Assembly: GCA_965218795.1 (NCBI GenBank)
Contig: OZ244653.1
Span: 2,048,001-2,112,000 of the forward strand
Direction: 5' to 3'
DNA length: 64,000 nt
Origin: a bacterium
Lineage (GTDB): Bacteria; UBA8248; JACPRG01; G963555815
Of the stretch, positions 49,301 to 58,938 are shown piece after piece (the first letter of the stretch is position 1; each line of letters opens with the position of its first letter). Made by a program: the position numbers and the translations under genes. Under the pieces are notes generated by a model. It was given only the letters and a program-made list of their open reading frames with translations, did not search any database and was not told the origin of the DNA.

Positions 49301-49807
49301 ATGGCGTCACCGAAGATCGATTTCCTCGATAACGGATGTCTCCACCTGGACAAACCCTTCATCACCTGGAACAAGCGCTTCACCCATGCCACGTTCCATG
49401 TCGACCGCGAGGAATTGAAGTCTGCCTATGTGCCCGAGTTTCAGGCCATCGGCTACTATCGGCCGTTCTTCGATTACGAAGGGATCCATTGGGGAGCTCA
49501 TGGTCGGCGACCTGCGAAGTGGTCAAGGGGGTCAAGATGCTCTCTTGCCCGGGACATTCGCCGGGCCCTTACTCTGTGGCCACCGACGCTCGACAGCCAT
49601 CTGATGATTCTCACCGTGGACACCACCTTCACCAAGGAAAACATGGAGCATAAAGTCCCGATGGGCATCCACGCCAACCTCTTCCAATTGGTCGAGAGCA
49701 TGGAGCGGCTGGAGCGCCTCACCCTGGCCGAGAAGGGCAAGCGCTACGTTTCGCACGATATGGAGGAGTTCAACACTTACAAAAAAGCGCCGGGTTACTG
49801 CGAGTAG
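49301..49807 (+). pseudogene. AHL-lactonase-family MBL, 4-pyridoxolactonase-like; HxHxDH region deleted and frameshifted
   Basis: KIDFLDNGCLHLD..WN joined directly to KRFTHA..EEL; GVKMLSCPGHSPG in another frame; LTVDTTFT..SHDMEEFNTY. Confidence 0.7.
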
Positions 49808-49827
49808 GGGGCGAATAGGGCGAGGGC

Positions 49828-50661
49828 ATGTCGGCGATTCAGGAACACCGGGTCCGGGACGCGCAACCCGCGGCGGATACGGGACGGGACAGGATTATCG
49901 AGCTGAACGATGTCGCCGTGACTTATGAAGCCCGGCGGGGTGAGCCCTATACGGCGGTGGAGGGAATTGACCTCTTCGTGAACGAGCGGGAGTTCGTCTC
50001 GCTCATCGGCCCATCCGGCTGCGGGAAGAGCACCCTCCTCAAGGTGATTACAGGTCTGTTGGATCCCTCACGGGGACGGGTGACCGTCGCCGGGGGGGCT
50101 GCCCAAGAGGCCAGACGGCACCGACTCTTCGGGATTGTCTTTCAGGAGCCGACGCTCCTGCCCTGGCGGAACGTGCAAAAGAACACCGGCTTTTTGGTGG
50201 AGCTCATCCGGTTGATGGGAGCCGGCGGGACCTTCGGCGACCCCGAGGATCTGTTGCGGATGGTCGGGCTGGACGAATTCCGCCACAACTATCCGCGGGA
50301 GCTGTCGGGGGGGATGAAGCAGCGGGTTGCCATCGCACGAGCGCTCTCCATCGATCCGGCCATTCTGATGATGGATGAGCCCTTTGGGGCCCTTGACGCT
50401 ATGACCCGGGACAACATGAATGAAGAACTGCTGCGCATCTGGCGGCAGACCCAAAAGACGGTCGTGTTCATCACGCACAGCATTCGGGAATCCGTCTACC
50501 TCTCGGATACCGTGTATGTGATTGCGGGCAAGCCGGGCCGAATCGTGGAGCGGGTCCCGGTCGCCCTTCCGAGGCCCCGGCAGCCGGAGATTCAGACGAC
50601 GCCGGATTTTCAGCGCCACCTCGATCAATTGAGAACGCTTCTGGAGCGGGGACAGCGATGA
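49828..50661 (+). CDS. ABC ATP-binding protein (TauB/SsuB/NrtD type)
   Basis: GPSGCGKST, LSGGMKQRVAIARAL, MDEPFGALD. Confidence 0.93.
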   Translation: MSAIQEHRVRDAQPAADTGRDRIIELNDVAVTYEARRGEPYTAVEGIDLFVNEREFVSLIGPSGCGKSTLLKVITGLLDPSRGRVTVAGGAAQEARRHRLFGIVFQEPTLLPWRNVQKNTGFLVELIRLMGAGGTFGDPEDLLRMVGLDEFRHNYPRELSGGMKQRVAIARALSIDPAILMMDEPFGALDAMTRDNMNEELLRIWRQTQKTVVFITHSIRESVYLSDTVYVIAGKPGRIVERVPVALPRPRQPEIQTTPDFQRHLDQLRTLLERGQR

Positions 50662-51443
50662 ATCACGGATTCCATGACAGGATCAGCAAATTCTGGCCAA
50701 CGGCTCTCACCGTCGTCGTCCTGGTTGCCCTCTGGGAGTGGGCCATCCACTTCTTCCAGGTCCCGAAGTGGTTCATTCCGGCTCCTTCGGCCGTTCTCCA
50801 GGACCTGATCATTTACGAGGGATTTTACGAGGATGCCTGGCTCACGACCCAGGAGATCCTGCTCGGATTCGTAATCGGCGACGTGCTCGCCGTGGCGATT
50901 GCCATTGCCGTGGTGTATTCCACGTTTGTTGAACGGACCCTGTATCCCATCGTGATCTTCTTCCAGAACATTCCGAAGATCACACTGGCCCCCATTATGC
51001 TGTTATGGTTCGGGCTGGGGCTTGGAACCCGCGTCGCCATCGTCATTCTGATCTCGTTTTTCCCCGTGATTATCAACACGATTTATGGACTTCGATCGAC
51101 TGACCCGAACCTGATCGATCTGGCTCGGTCGGTCGCGGTCTCCCGTTGGGTGATCCTGCGCAAAATTCAGATCCCCCATGCCCTGCCCTACATGTTCGAG
51201 GGATTCAAAATCGCGATGACCTTTGCTGTCATCGGCGCATTCGTGGCCGAATGGATTTCCGGCAGCAACGGACTCGGCTATCAAATTCGCGTCGCGTCGT
51301 CCGACATGGAATCCGCAGCCCTGTTCGGAGCGGTAGCGGTCATTTCCGTTGTGGGCGTGATCCTTTACTATCTGGTTTCTCTGGCTGGAAGGAGGCTCTT
51401 TCCCTGGCACGAATCCGCCCGGGAAGGGGGTCCGATGGTGTAA
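50658..51443 (+). CDS. ABC permease (SsuC/ThiX type)
   Basis: IPAPSAV, IPKITLAP..WFGLG, IPHALP, AEWISGSNGLG. Confidence 0.92.
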   Translation: MNHGFHDRISKFWPTALTVVVLVALWEWAIHFFQVPKWFIPAPSAVLQDLIIYEGFYEDAWLTTQEILLGFVIGDVLAVAIAIAVVYSTFVERTLYPIVIFFQNIPKITLAPIMLLWFGLGLGTRVAIVILISFFPVIINTIYGLRSTDPNLIDLARSVAVSRWVILRKIQIPHALPYMFEGFKIAMTFAVIGAFVAEWISGSNGLGYQIRVASSDMESAALFGAVAVISVVGVILYYLVSLAGRRLFPWHESAREGGPMV

Positions 51444-51472
51444 GAGGTTTTTCAAACAAAGGAGGAAGGGAC

Positions 51473-52471
51473 GTGAAAGAGAAAAGTGCTCGATGGGGAA
51501 TATGGGTGGTCTTGGCCGTGGCGCTGACGCTCATCGCCGGCCCCGCCGCTGCCGCCGACAGCGTCAAGGTCCGCCTCGACTGGGTCTTGCGAGGCAATCA
51601 CGCCATGTTTCACGTGGCCAAGGAGAAAGGCTATTTCAAGCAGAACGGAATCGACGTGACGAAGATCGATCCGGGTAACGGTTCCCAGCGGACCATGAAG
51701 TTCGTGGGCGGGGGGCAATATCCTTTCGGCTACGGTGATCTGCCCACGCTCGCCGCGGCCAAGAGCCAAGGGGTGCCCGTCACTTCGCTGACGGTCGTGA
51801 ACCAGCTCAGTCCCATGTCCATCGTCACGCTCGCCGATTCCGGAATCCAATCGCCGCAGGATATCGAGGGACGAAAGTTCGGTGTATTCCCCGCCGGATC
51901 GACCCACATTTTCTATAAGGCCTTCATGAAGATGGTGGGTGTCGATCGGAGCAAGGTGACGGAGGTCACGGTCAGTTTCCCCTACGAGAGCTATCTACTG
52001 ACCAAGAAGGTGGACGCGGTCGTCGGATATCTCGATGCCGAGATTCCGATTCTCAAGATGAAGGCCAACATCCGCATCATGCAGGGCGCCAAGTACGGCT
52101 ACAAGGGCTACGGCAGCGGGATGCTCGCGGCGGATGAGGTGATCAAGGAAAATCCGGACCTGGTTCGCAGGTTCACGAAATCCTACATCCAGGGCTTTGT
52201 CGCCGTCATCAAGGACCCCGGCGGAGCCGTCGATATCCTGGCCAAGTACCAGAAGAAGGCTCCCAAGAAAATCTGGCGCGCACAGCTTCAGGCGGATATC
52301 GATTCTTCGTTCATGAACGAGATCACGAAGAAAAACGGGCTCGGTTGGCAGACCTTCGACCGGTGGAAAGAAACCCAGCAGATCCTGGCGGACCAGGGCG
52401 TCATCAAGAATCCGGTGGATCCGAACTCTCTGTTCTCCAACAAGTTCCTGGCCGGGTCGCCGAAGATGTAA
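51473..52471 (+). CDS. NMT1/THI5-like ABC substrate-binding protein
   Basis: GTG after AAAGGAGG; signal peptide; LDW..GNHA..KEKGYF, GNGS, IEGRKFG. Confidence 0.88.
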   Translation: MKEKSARWGIWVVLAVALTLIAGPAAAADSVKVRLDWVLRGNHAMFHVAKEKGYFKQNGIDVTKIDPGNGSQRTMKFVGGGQYPFGYGDLPTLAAAKSQGVPVTSLTVVNQLSPMSIVTLADSGIQSPQDIEGRKFGVFPAGSTHIFYKAFMKMVGVDRSKVTEVTVSFPYESYLLTKKVDAVVGYLDAEIPILKMKANIRIMQGAKYGYKGYGSGMLAADEVIKENPDLVRRFTKSYIQGFVAVIKDPGGAVDILAKYQKKAPKKIWRAQLQADIDSSFMNEITKKNGLGWQTFDRWKETQQILADQGVIKNPVDPNSLFSNKFLAGSPKM

Positions 52472-52522
52472 CGCGGAGGAACCCGCTCGCCCTGGTCAAC
52501 AAGATAAGGTCAAAGCGCGCCT

Positions 52523-53956
52523 ATGCCATATGAAGACCTGAGACATTTCATCGAGGACCTGGAGGAGCATAACCTCTTCCGGTGGGTCGACGCCGAAGTC
52601 GAGAAAGATTGGGAGATCAGCGCGGTCACCCGGACGTATTTCCGCCGCGTCCCCAAGGAGGTTCGCGGCGCCCTGGGCTATCGCAATATCAAGGGGTACC
52701 CGGGACAGCGACTGGTGGTCGGTACCGTCGGCGGAGGGATCAGGGTCTACAACAAGGCTCTCGGCATCGAGGGCGGATTCGACGCGGTCAACGAAAAATG
52801 GCGGGAGGCGCTGACCAACCCCATACCGGGCAAGAGGACGAACGGAAAGGCTCCGTGCCAGGAAGTCGTTCTAAGCGGTGAGGAAGCCGATCTCAACCGG
52901 TTCCCCATTCCGACCTGGACGCCGGAAAAGGATCCCGGCCCCTTCCTGACCTCCGCCTGCCTCGTCACCAAGGAGCGGGATACCGGGGTCCTGAACGTCG
53001 GGGTGTACCGCATGGAGGTCAAAGGGCCGCGCAAGACCGGCGTTCTTTGGGACCTACCGAGCCAGCACGGGGCCGTCCACTTCACAAAATACGAGGAAGC
53101 GGGCGAACCCATGCCCATGGCGGTCGTCCTCGGGGTGGAACCCACCATCCTGATGGGCGCGGTGGCCAAGGCCCCCATGGGCTATGACGAGTTCGCCGTA
53201 GCCGGCGGGCTGCGGGGCGCTCCGGTGGACCTGGTCAAATGCAAGACGATCGACCTGGACGTCCCGGCCCGGGCGGAGATTGTTCTCGAAGGCCATGTGC
53301 CCCCCAACATTCGGGAGCGGGAGGGACCTTTCGGCGAGTACACTGGGTACATGGGCGGGCCGTACGAGATGGTCGTTTTCGAGATCGACTGCATCACGCA
53401 CCGCGCGGATGCGCTCAACCAAGCGTTCTTCAGCCAGATGCCGCCGAGCGAATCGAGCCTGATCCGCGCCATCCCCGAGGAGGCTCATATCTATAAGCAC
53501 CTGGCTCAGGATCTGCGCATTCCGGGCATCGTGGACGTCCACCTGCCCGAAGCCGGCGGGAGTTATTCAATCTGCTGGGTCCAAATGAAACAGTCCTATC
53601 CGGGTCAGGCGCAGCAGGTGCTCTCGGCCGCATGGACGCATCATCCCGCCTTTGCCAAGTGGATCGTCGTCACCGATGAGGACGTGGATATCCGGGATCC
53701 TTTTCAGCGGGAATGGGCGCTGGCCTGGCGGGTCCAGCCGCATCGGGACATGTTCACGATTCCGAACACGGCCCCGGTCCTGTTGGATCCGTCCGCGGGC
53801 CATCACGGGGAAGACCTGTGGGAGAGACGAAGCTCGAAGATGCTGATAGACGCCACGAAGCCGTGGCTTGATTTCCCGGACGTCTCTCTCCCGCCCCGGA
53901 AGTTCCTGGACCGGGCGGCCGACCAGTGGGACAAGTACGGTTTGACCGACGGATAA
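52523..53956 (+). CDS. UbiD-family prenyl-FMN-dependent (de)carboxylase
   Basis: NVGVYR, VPARAEIVLEG, EGPFGEYTGY, PPSE, DEDVDIRD, IDATKP. Confidence 0.93.
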   Translation: MPYEDLRHFIEDLEEHNLFRWVDAEVEKDWEISAVTRTYFRRVPKEVRGALGYRNIKGYPGQRLVVGTVGGGIRVYNKALGIEGGFDAVNEKWREALTNPIPGKRTNGKAPCQEVVLSGEEADLNRFPIPTWTPEKDPGPFLTSACLVTKERDTGVLNVGVYRMEVKGPRKTGVLWDLPSQHGAVHFTKYEEAGEPMPMAVVLGVEPTILMGAVAKAPMGYDEFAVAGGLRGAPVDLVKCKTIDLDVPARAEIVLEGHVPPNIREREGPFGEYTGYMGGPYEMVVFEIDCITHRADALNQAFFSQMPPSESSLIRAIPEEAHIYKHLAQDLRIPGIVDVHLPEAGGSYSICWVQMKQSYPGQAQQVLSAAWTHHPAFAKWIVVTDEDVDIRDPFQREWALAWRVQPHRDMFTIPNTAPVLLDPSAGHHGEDLWERRSSKMLIDATKPWLDFPDVSLPPRKFLDRAADQWDKYGLTDG

Positions 53957-53976
53957 TGCCGAATGGGAGGAACTCC

Positions 53977-54975
53977 ATGATTTCCGAATCCACACTCATC
54001 AAAGGCGGGCTGCTCATCGTCGAGAAGTGCATGCACGTGGAGGAAGGGGAGAAGGTGGTCATCCTGTACGACGAAGATCACGACCGCCATGCCAAGGTGC
54101 TCTCAGGCCTCTGTTTTGCGCGGGGCGCGTTCCCTGCCATGATCGACATGACCCCCTACGTGACGGCCGGCCAAGCGGACACCGGCTATCCCATGGCTCC
54201 GCCCGATCACATTGCAAAGGCTATCGTCGACGCCAACGTGACGATCATCTACACCAACCTGGAATGGGCCAACCGGTTCGCCCACGTTCCGTGCGTCAAG
54301 GAGACGGTGGACGCGAACCACCGCATCGCCTCCATCGAAGAGGGGATGGACTGCTGGGTTCTTTCCGACGAGGATATCTTGACCGTCTCCAAGCGGTGCA
54401 GCGACCTGGGCGAACTGGCCAAAGGCGCGAAAGCCATCCGGGTGACCTCTCCCGCGGGCACCGACCTCTACGTCTCCATTGAAAACCGGCCGGCCCTGGT
54501 CCTCCCCCCGGTCAAGCAGAACGGGATCATGATGTCTCCCATCCCACTCTGGACCGAGGTGGCCTGGGCCTGTGTGGAGGACAAGACCGAGGGACGCGTC
54601 GTTGTGGACGGCATTCAATTGGGCATCGGCATGCCGGGCACTTTACCGAATTCGATCGAATGGATCGTCAAGGACGGAAAAGCGGTCGAGATCAACGGGG
54701 GTGCGGAAGCAAAGGCCCTCGAGAAGACCATATCGGGGGTGGAGAACGTCGAGATCATCGGCGAAGTAGGGGTCGGGATCAGCGACAAACCACCCTCCGG
54801 CGGACCTTCCGAAAAGGGAAAACTGGGGACGGCGCACTTTGCCCTCGGCGACAACTGCCACGCGTATCCCGGCGGCCAGAACGACTGCAGGCTTCATCTG
54901 GACGGGTCTGTCCGCAACTGCACCTTCATGGTCGATGACACCGTCGTCGTCGAAAATGGGGAATGGAAGCTGTAG
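53977..54975 (+). CDS. M29 thermophilic metalloprotease fold protein (aminopeptidase T / 2,5-dihydroxypyridine dioxygenase NicX superfamily)
   Basis: TSPAGTDL, EGRVVVDG, IGEVGVG, EKGKLGTAHFALGDN..GG..HLDG. Confidence 0.75.
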   Translation: MISESTLIKGGLLIVEKCMHVEEGEKVVILYDEDHDRHAKVLSGLCFARGAFPAMIDMTPYVTAGQADTGYPMAPPDHIAKAIVDANVTIIYTNLEWANRFAHVPCVKETVDANHRIASIEEGMDCWVLSDEDILTVSKRCSDLGELAKGAKAIRVTSPAGTDLYVSIENRPALVLPPVKQNGIMMSPIPLWTEVAWACVEDKTEGRVVVDGIQLGIGMPGTLPNSIEWIVKDGKAVEINGGAEAKALEKTISGVENVEIIGEVGVGISDKPPSGGPSEKGKLGTAHFALGDNCHAYPGGQNDCRLHLDGSVRNCTFMVDDTVVVENGEWKL

Positions 54976-55029
54976 GATGGAGCCCTCGGAGCCGGACGGT
55001 TTCGCGAGTCTTGAGGGCGGAAAGAGTTC

Positions 55030-55923
55030 ATGAAACCTTTTGAATATCATTCGCCGGATACCGTTGAGGAGGCCGTTGGGCTGCTGCGCAACTACGGCGA
55101 GGACGCGAAGCTTTATGCCGGCGGGACCTCCCTGCTCTTTCTCATGAAGGAGGGGTTCTTCTCCCCCGAGCAGGTCATCAACCTGAAGCGGATCGGCGGG
55201 CTGAACGCCATTGAGGCGGAAACCGTGGACGGGGTGGAGCGGATTCGGGTCGGAGCGATGGCGACCCACCGCTCGCTGGAGTTCTCCGAACTGCTCAAGG
55301 AAAAAATCCCGATCATTCCGCACATGGAGTCGGACTTGGCGAATGTCCGGGTGCGCAACGTCGGCACCCTCGGCGGTAGCCTGGCCTTCGCCGAACCCCA
55401 GTCCGATCCCCCTTCCCTCCTCATAGCCCTGGGCGCGCAGGCGCGGGTCACCGGCCCCGACGGGGAACGGACGCTCGACGTGGATTCCCTCTACGTCGGC
55501 TATTACGAAACAGTCCTCAAACCGGAAGAAATGATGACCCAGGTGTCGATCCCGGTTCCGGCCCCGGAATTGGGCTGCTCTTACCAGAAATTCTGCCAGC
55601 GTACGGCCACGGACAAGCCGACGGTCTGCGCGGCGGTTTGTCTCAGCATTCAGGACGGGACGGTGGAGGACGTACGGATTGTTTTGGGCGCTGTGGGACC
55701 GACCCCCATCCGCGCCAAGGCGACCGAATCCCTGGTCCGAGGGAACCGACTGCGGAACGGGGCATTCCCGGAAGAGCTTCTGGAGGAGGCGGCCCGACAG
55801 GCGGCCGAGGAGATCGATCCCCAAAGCGATGTGTACGGGTCCGGCTGGTACAAGCGGGACGTCGCGCAGGTCCTGCTGAAGCGCGGCCTGGTCGAGGCCC
55901 TGGCCGAAGCCGTCCGGACCTGA
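55030..55923 (+). CDS. Molybdenum hydroxylase FAD (medium, CoxM-like) subunit
   Basis: FEYHSP, AGGTSL, VRNVGTLGGSLAFAEP.SD. Confidence 0.92.
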   Translation: MKPFEYHSPDTVEEAVGLLRNYGEDAKLYAGGTSLLFLMKEGFFSPEQVINLKRIGGLNAIEAETVDGVERIRVGAMATHRSLEFSELLKEKIPIIPHMESDLANVRVRNVGTLGGSLAFAEPQSDPPSLLIALGAQARVTGPDGERTLDVDSLYVGYYETVLKPEEMMTQVSIPVPAPELGCSYQKFCQRTATDKPTVCAAVCLSIQDGTVEDVRIVLGAVGPTPIRAKATESLVRGNRLRNGAFPEELLEEAARQAAEEIDPQSDVYGSGWYKRDVAQVLLKRGLVEALAEAVRT

Positions 55924-55937
55924 TGGAGACATCATCC

Positions 55938-56519
55938 ATGAAACCCGAAAAACGTATCCTCCGCCTGACGGTGAACGGCTCAAGGGTCGAGGTGGCGGCC
56001 GAGCCCCGGAGGCTCTTGCTGGACCTTCTCCGCGACGACCTCGGTCTGACGGGGCTGAAGAAGGCCTGTGACATTCAGGTGTGCGGTTCGTGCACGGTTC
56101 TGGTGAACGGCGCGGCGGTCAGCGCCTGCACGTCTCTGGCCTTCGACGCCGAAGGTGCGGAGGTCGTCACCATCGAGGGTCTCTCCGAGAACGGGCGGCT
56201 GGACATCCTGCAGCGGGCCTTCATTCAATACGGAGCCATTCAGTGCGGGTACTGCATCCCGGGCATGATCATGATGGCCCGGTCACTGCTCAACGAGAAT
56301 CCGAGCCCGAGCGAGGACGAAATCCGGCTCTACATGTCCGGGAACCTATGCCGGTGCACGGGCTACAAAAAGATTGTCGAGGCCATCCGGGCCGCGGCTG
56401 GGGGAGACGTGACGTTTGAAACGCCGGTCCTGGACTTCTCTCCCTCCGCGGAGGATGAAGAGGAAGAAGCCCTCTCGCTGGGAACGTTTCGCGTCAGTGA
56501 ATCATCGGCCGGTCCTTGA
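55938..56519 (+). CDS. Molybdenum hydroxylase 2Fe-2S (small, CoxS-like) subunit
   Basis: CDIQVCGSCTV..SAC; QCGYCIPG..NLCRCTGY. Confidence 0.92.
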   Translation: MKPEKRILRLTVNGSRVEVAAEPRRLLLDLLRDDLGLTGLKKACDIQVCGSCTVLVNGAAVSACTSLAFDAEGAEVVTIEGLSENGRLDILQRAFIQYGAIQCGYCIPGMIMMARSLLNENPSPSEDEIRLYMSGNLCRCTGYKKIVEAIRAAAGGDVTFETPVLDFSPSAEDEEEEALSLGTFRVSESSAGP

Positions 56520-56549
56520 GAGAACCGAAGCGCTCATGAGGTGAGAACC

Positions 56550-58847
56550 ATGGCGGACGCCCTCCACGTCGTGGGCAAGCGGCTTCCCAAGCTGGACGCC
56601 CTGCCCAAGGCCACCGGAGAAATCGAATATCTCGCAGACCTGAAATTCCCGGGCATGCTCCAGGGCGCGATCTTGAGAAGTCCCCACCCTCACGCGCGAA
56701 TCGTGAGCATCGATACCAATGCGGCGGAACGTCTGCCCGGCGTGCGCTCGGTGATCACCTCCCAAGACACGCCCGAGAAGAAATTCTCGTTCGTGGAATA
56801 CCTGGCCGACAAGTTGATCATGGCCAAGGACAAAGTCCGCTATATCGGCGACGAGGTGGCGGGGGTCGCCGCCGTCGACGAGGAGACGGCCCAGGAGGCC
56901 GCGCGCCTCATCCGGGTCGAATACGAGGAGCTTCCGGCCGTCTACGAGGTTGACGACGCGATGAAACCGGACGCGCCCCTCATTCATGAGGACAAGGGCT
57001 CCAACGTCGCGTTCGAGATCCACCGAAAGTTCGGCGATCCCGACCGGGGCTTTGCCGAGTCCGACGAAGTCTTCGAAGACCGGTTCGAGACGCAGCGCGT
57101 GGCCCATGCCCCAATGGAGACCCGCGGCTGCGTGGCCCGGTTCGATCGGTCCGGACGATTGACGGTCTGGGCCCCGAGTCAGGCTCCCCATACCCAGAGA
57201 AACGAAATCGCAAAATCCCTCCGCATCGCGCCGGCGCGTGTGCGGCTCTGCAAGCTCCCGACCGGCGGGGCCTTCGGGAACCGGCTGGTCATGGACATGG
57301 CGTGTCCGATCGCCGCCATCCTATCCGCCAAGACGGGCCAGGCCGTCAAGATCGTCAACACCCGCCAGGAAGAGTTCGAGACGAGCAAGACCCGCTATCG
57401 CTATCTCATCGATATGAAGACGGGGGTGAAGAAGGACGGCCGGATTCACGCGCGGGCGGCCCGGGTGATCGCCGACAACGGCGCCTATAACGACAAAGCC
57501 CCCGCCACCTTGAGCTTCTCTGGATCGATGTTCTGCCTGATCTACGACGTCGAGCACCTCCAGTATGACGGTTACGCCGTCTACACCAACCGGCAGTACG
57601 GAACGGGTTTTCGAGGCTTCGGCAACCCGCAGGTGACCTTCGCCCACGAGCATCAGGTGGACCTCGTCGCCCGGCGCCTCGGCATGGACCCGTTGGAGTT
57701 CCGTCGGAAGAACGCGAATCAGCCCGGCAAAACCCGGGCCGTCGGAGCCAACATGAAGGTCATGGACATGACGGAATGCCTGGATCGGGCGGCCACCGCC
57801 ATCGGGTGGGAGGAAAAACGCAAGGCGTATGAGCAGCGCGATCCGAGGAAACCCTGGCGGGGGATCGGCATCGCCACGATGGTCCATACCGCGGGCGGGA
57901 ACCGGTTCTACGGGTACAACGCGGCCTCCTCCGTGGTGAAGGTGTCCGAAGACGGGCTGGTGACGCTGGTGACCCCGGCCTGCGACGTGGGCCAGGGCGC
58001 GCAAACCATCGTCGCGCAGATCTGCGCGGAGGAACTCGGCGTCACCCTGGATGACGTGGTGGTGATCTCGGACGATACGGACCTTACGCCCTATGACCTG
58101 GGTTCGTGGGGGAGCCGGGTGACCTGGGTCGTCGGCCAGGCCGCTCAGGTGGCCGCGCGGAACGCCCGGCAGCAGATCTTCGAGGCCGTAGCGGCCGAGC
58201 TCGAGGTCTCCCCGGACGATCTGGTGTCGGAGGAAGGGTGGATCGGTGTGCGTGGCGCTCCGGACAAGGGGATGTCCTTCCCCTCGGCCGTCGACCTCAG
58301 TTTCAAGAAACGGGGGCGGCCCATTCAAGCGGAGGGAAAATTCGTGGACGAAGTCGCCCCCGAGTCCATGGACTGGGACACCCAGAGCCCCAACTTCGCA
58401 TCGGCGGCCCACGCGGTCGAGGTGGAAGTCGATCCGGACACGGGCAAAGTCCGCGTTCTCGATTTCAAGGCCGCTCACGGAATCGGTCTCGCCATCAATC
58501 CCATGGCCGCCGAGGGACAGATCGAGGGAAGCGTCTCGCAGGGCGTAGGTTTCGGCCTGATGGAAGAACTGATCATGGACGGGGGCAAGGCCATCAATCC
58601 GAATTTTGCCGACTACAAAATCCCGAGCTTCCTGGACCTGCCCCGGGTGGATGCCATCCTTGTGGAAAACGCGGACCCCGATGGCCCCTTCGGCGCCGCG
58701 GGCATTGGCGAACCAGGGCTGGTCCCGACTGCGGCGGCGGTCGCCAATGCCGTCGCCCACGCCACGGGCTGCCACTTCCGAACCCTCCCGGTTACGGCGG
58801 AAAAAATTCTAAAAGCGCTCAAAGAAAAGCGGGGAGAACCGGGCTGA
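56550..58847 (+). CDS. Xanthine dehydrogenase-family molybdopterin (large) subunit
   Basis: RSPHPHA, PMETRG, SQAPH, GGAFG, FRGFGNPQ, VGQG, GSR, GIGEPG. Confidence 0.93.
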   Translation: MADALHVVGKRLPKLDALPKATGEIEYLADLKFPGMLQGAILRSPHPHARIVSIDTNAAERLPGVRSVITSQDTPEKKFSFVEYLADKLIMAKDKVRYIGDEVAGVAAVDEETAQEAARLIRVEYEELPAVYEVDDAMKPDAPLIHEDKGSNVAFEIHRKFGDPDRGFAESDEVFEDRFETQRVAHAPMETRGCVARFDRSGRLTVWAPSQAPHTQRNEIAKSLRIAPARVRLCKLPTGGAFGNRLVMDMACPIAAILSAKTGQAVKIVNTRQEEFETSKTRYRYLIDMKTGVKKDGRIHARAARVIADNGAYNDKAPATLSFSGSMFCLIYDVEHLQYDGYAVYTNRQYGTGFRGFGNPQVTFAHEHQVDLVARRLGMDPLEFRRKNANQPGKTRAVGANMKVMDMTECLDRAATAIGWEEKRKAYEQRDPRKPWRGIGIATMVHTAGGNRFYGYNAASSVVKVSEDGLVTLVTPACDVGQGAQTIVAQICAEELGVTLDDVVVISDDTDLTPYDLGSWGSRVTWVVGQAAQVAARNARQQIFEAVAAELEVSPDDLVSEEGWIGVRGAPDKGMSFPSAVDLSFKKRGRPIQAEGKFVDEVAPESMDWDTQSPNFASAAHAVEVEVDPDTGKVRVLDFKAAHGIGLAINPMAAEGQIEGSVSQGVGFGLMEELIMDGGKAINPNFADYKIPSFLDLPRVDAILVENADPDGPFGAAGIGEPGLVPTAAAVANAVAHATGCHFRTLPVTAEKILKALKEKRGEPG

Positions 58848-58938
58848 TTACCGGTCCCCGCCCGTCATAGACCGGAAACCGTCGATCGCCGGACCGGAGG
58901 ACCGGGTCCGGCTCCCCCAAGCCTCGGGAGATTGTTCC

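Noticed and set aside
55030-58847. Aerobic CO dehydrogenase (coxMSL) or 4-hydroxybenzoyl-CoA reductase
   Set aside because: Active-site loop is GTGFRGFG, not AYxCSFR or AYRGAGR; the FAD subunit lacks the Cys-rich 4Fe-4S insertion of HcrB
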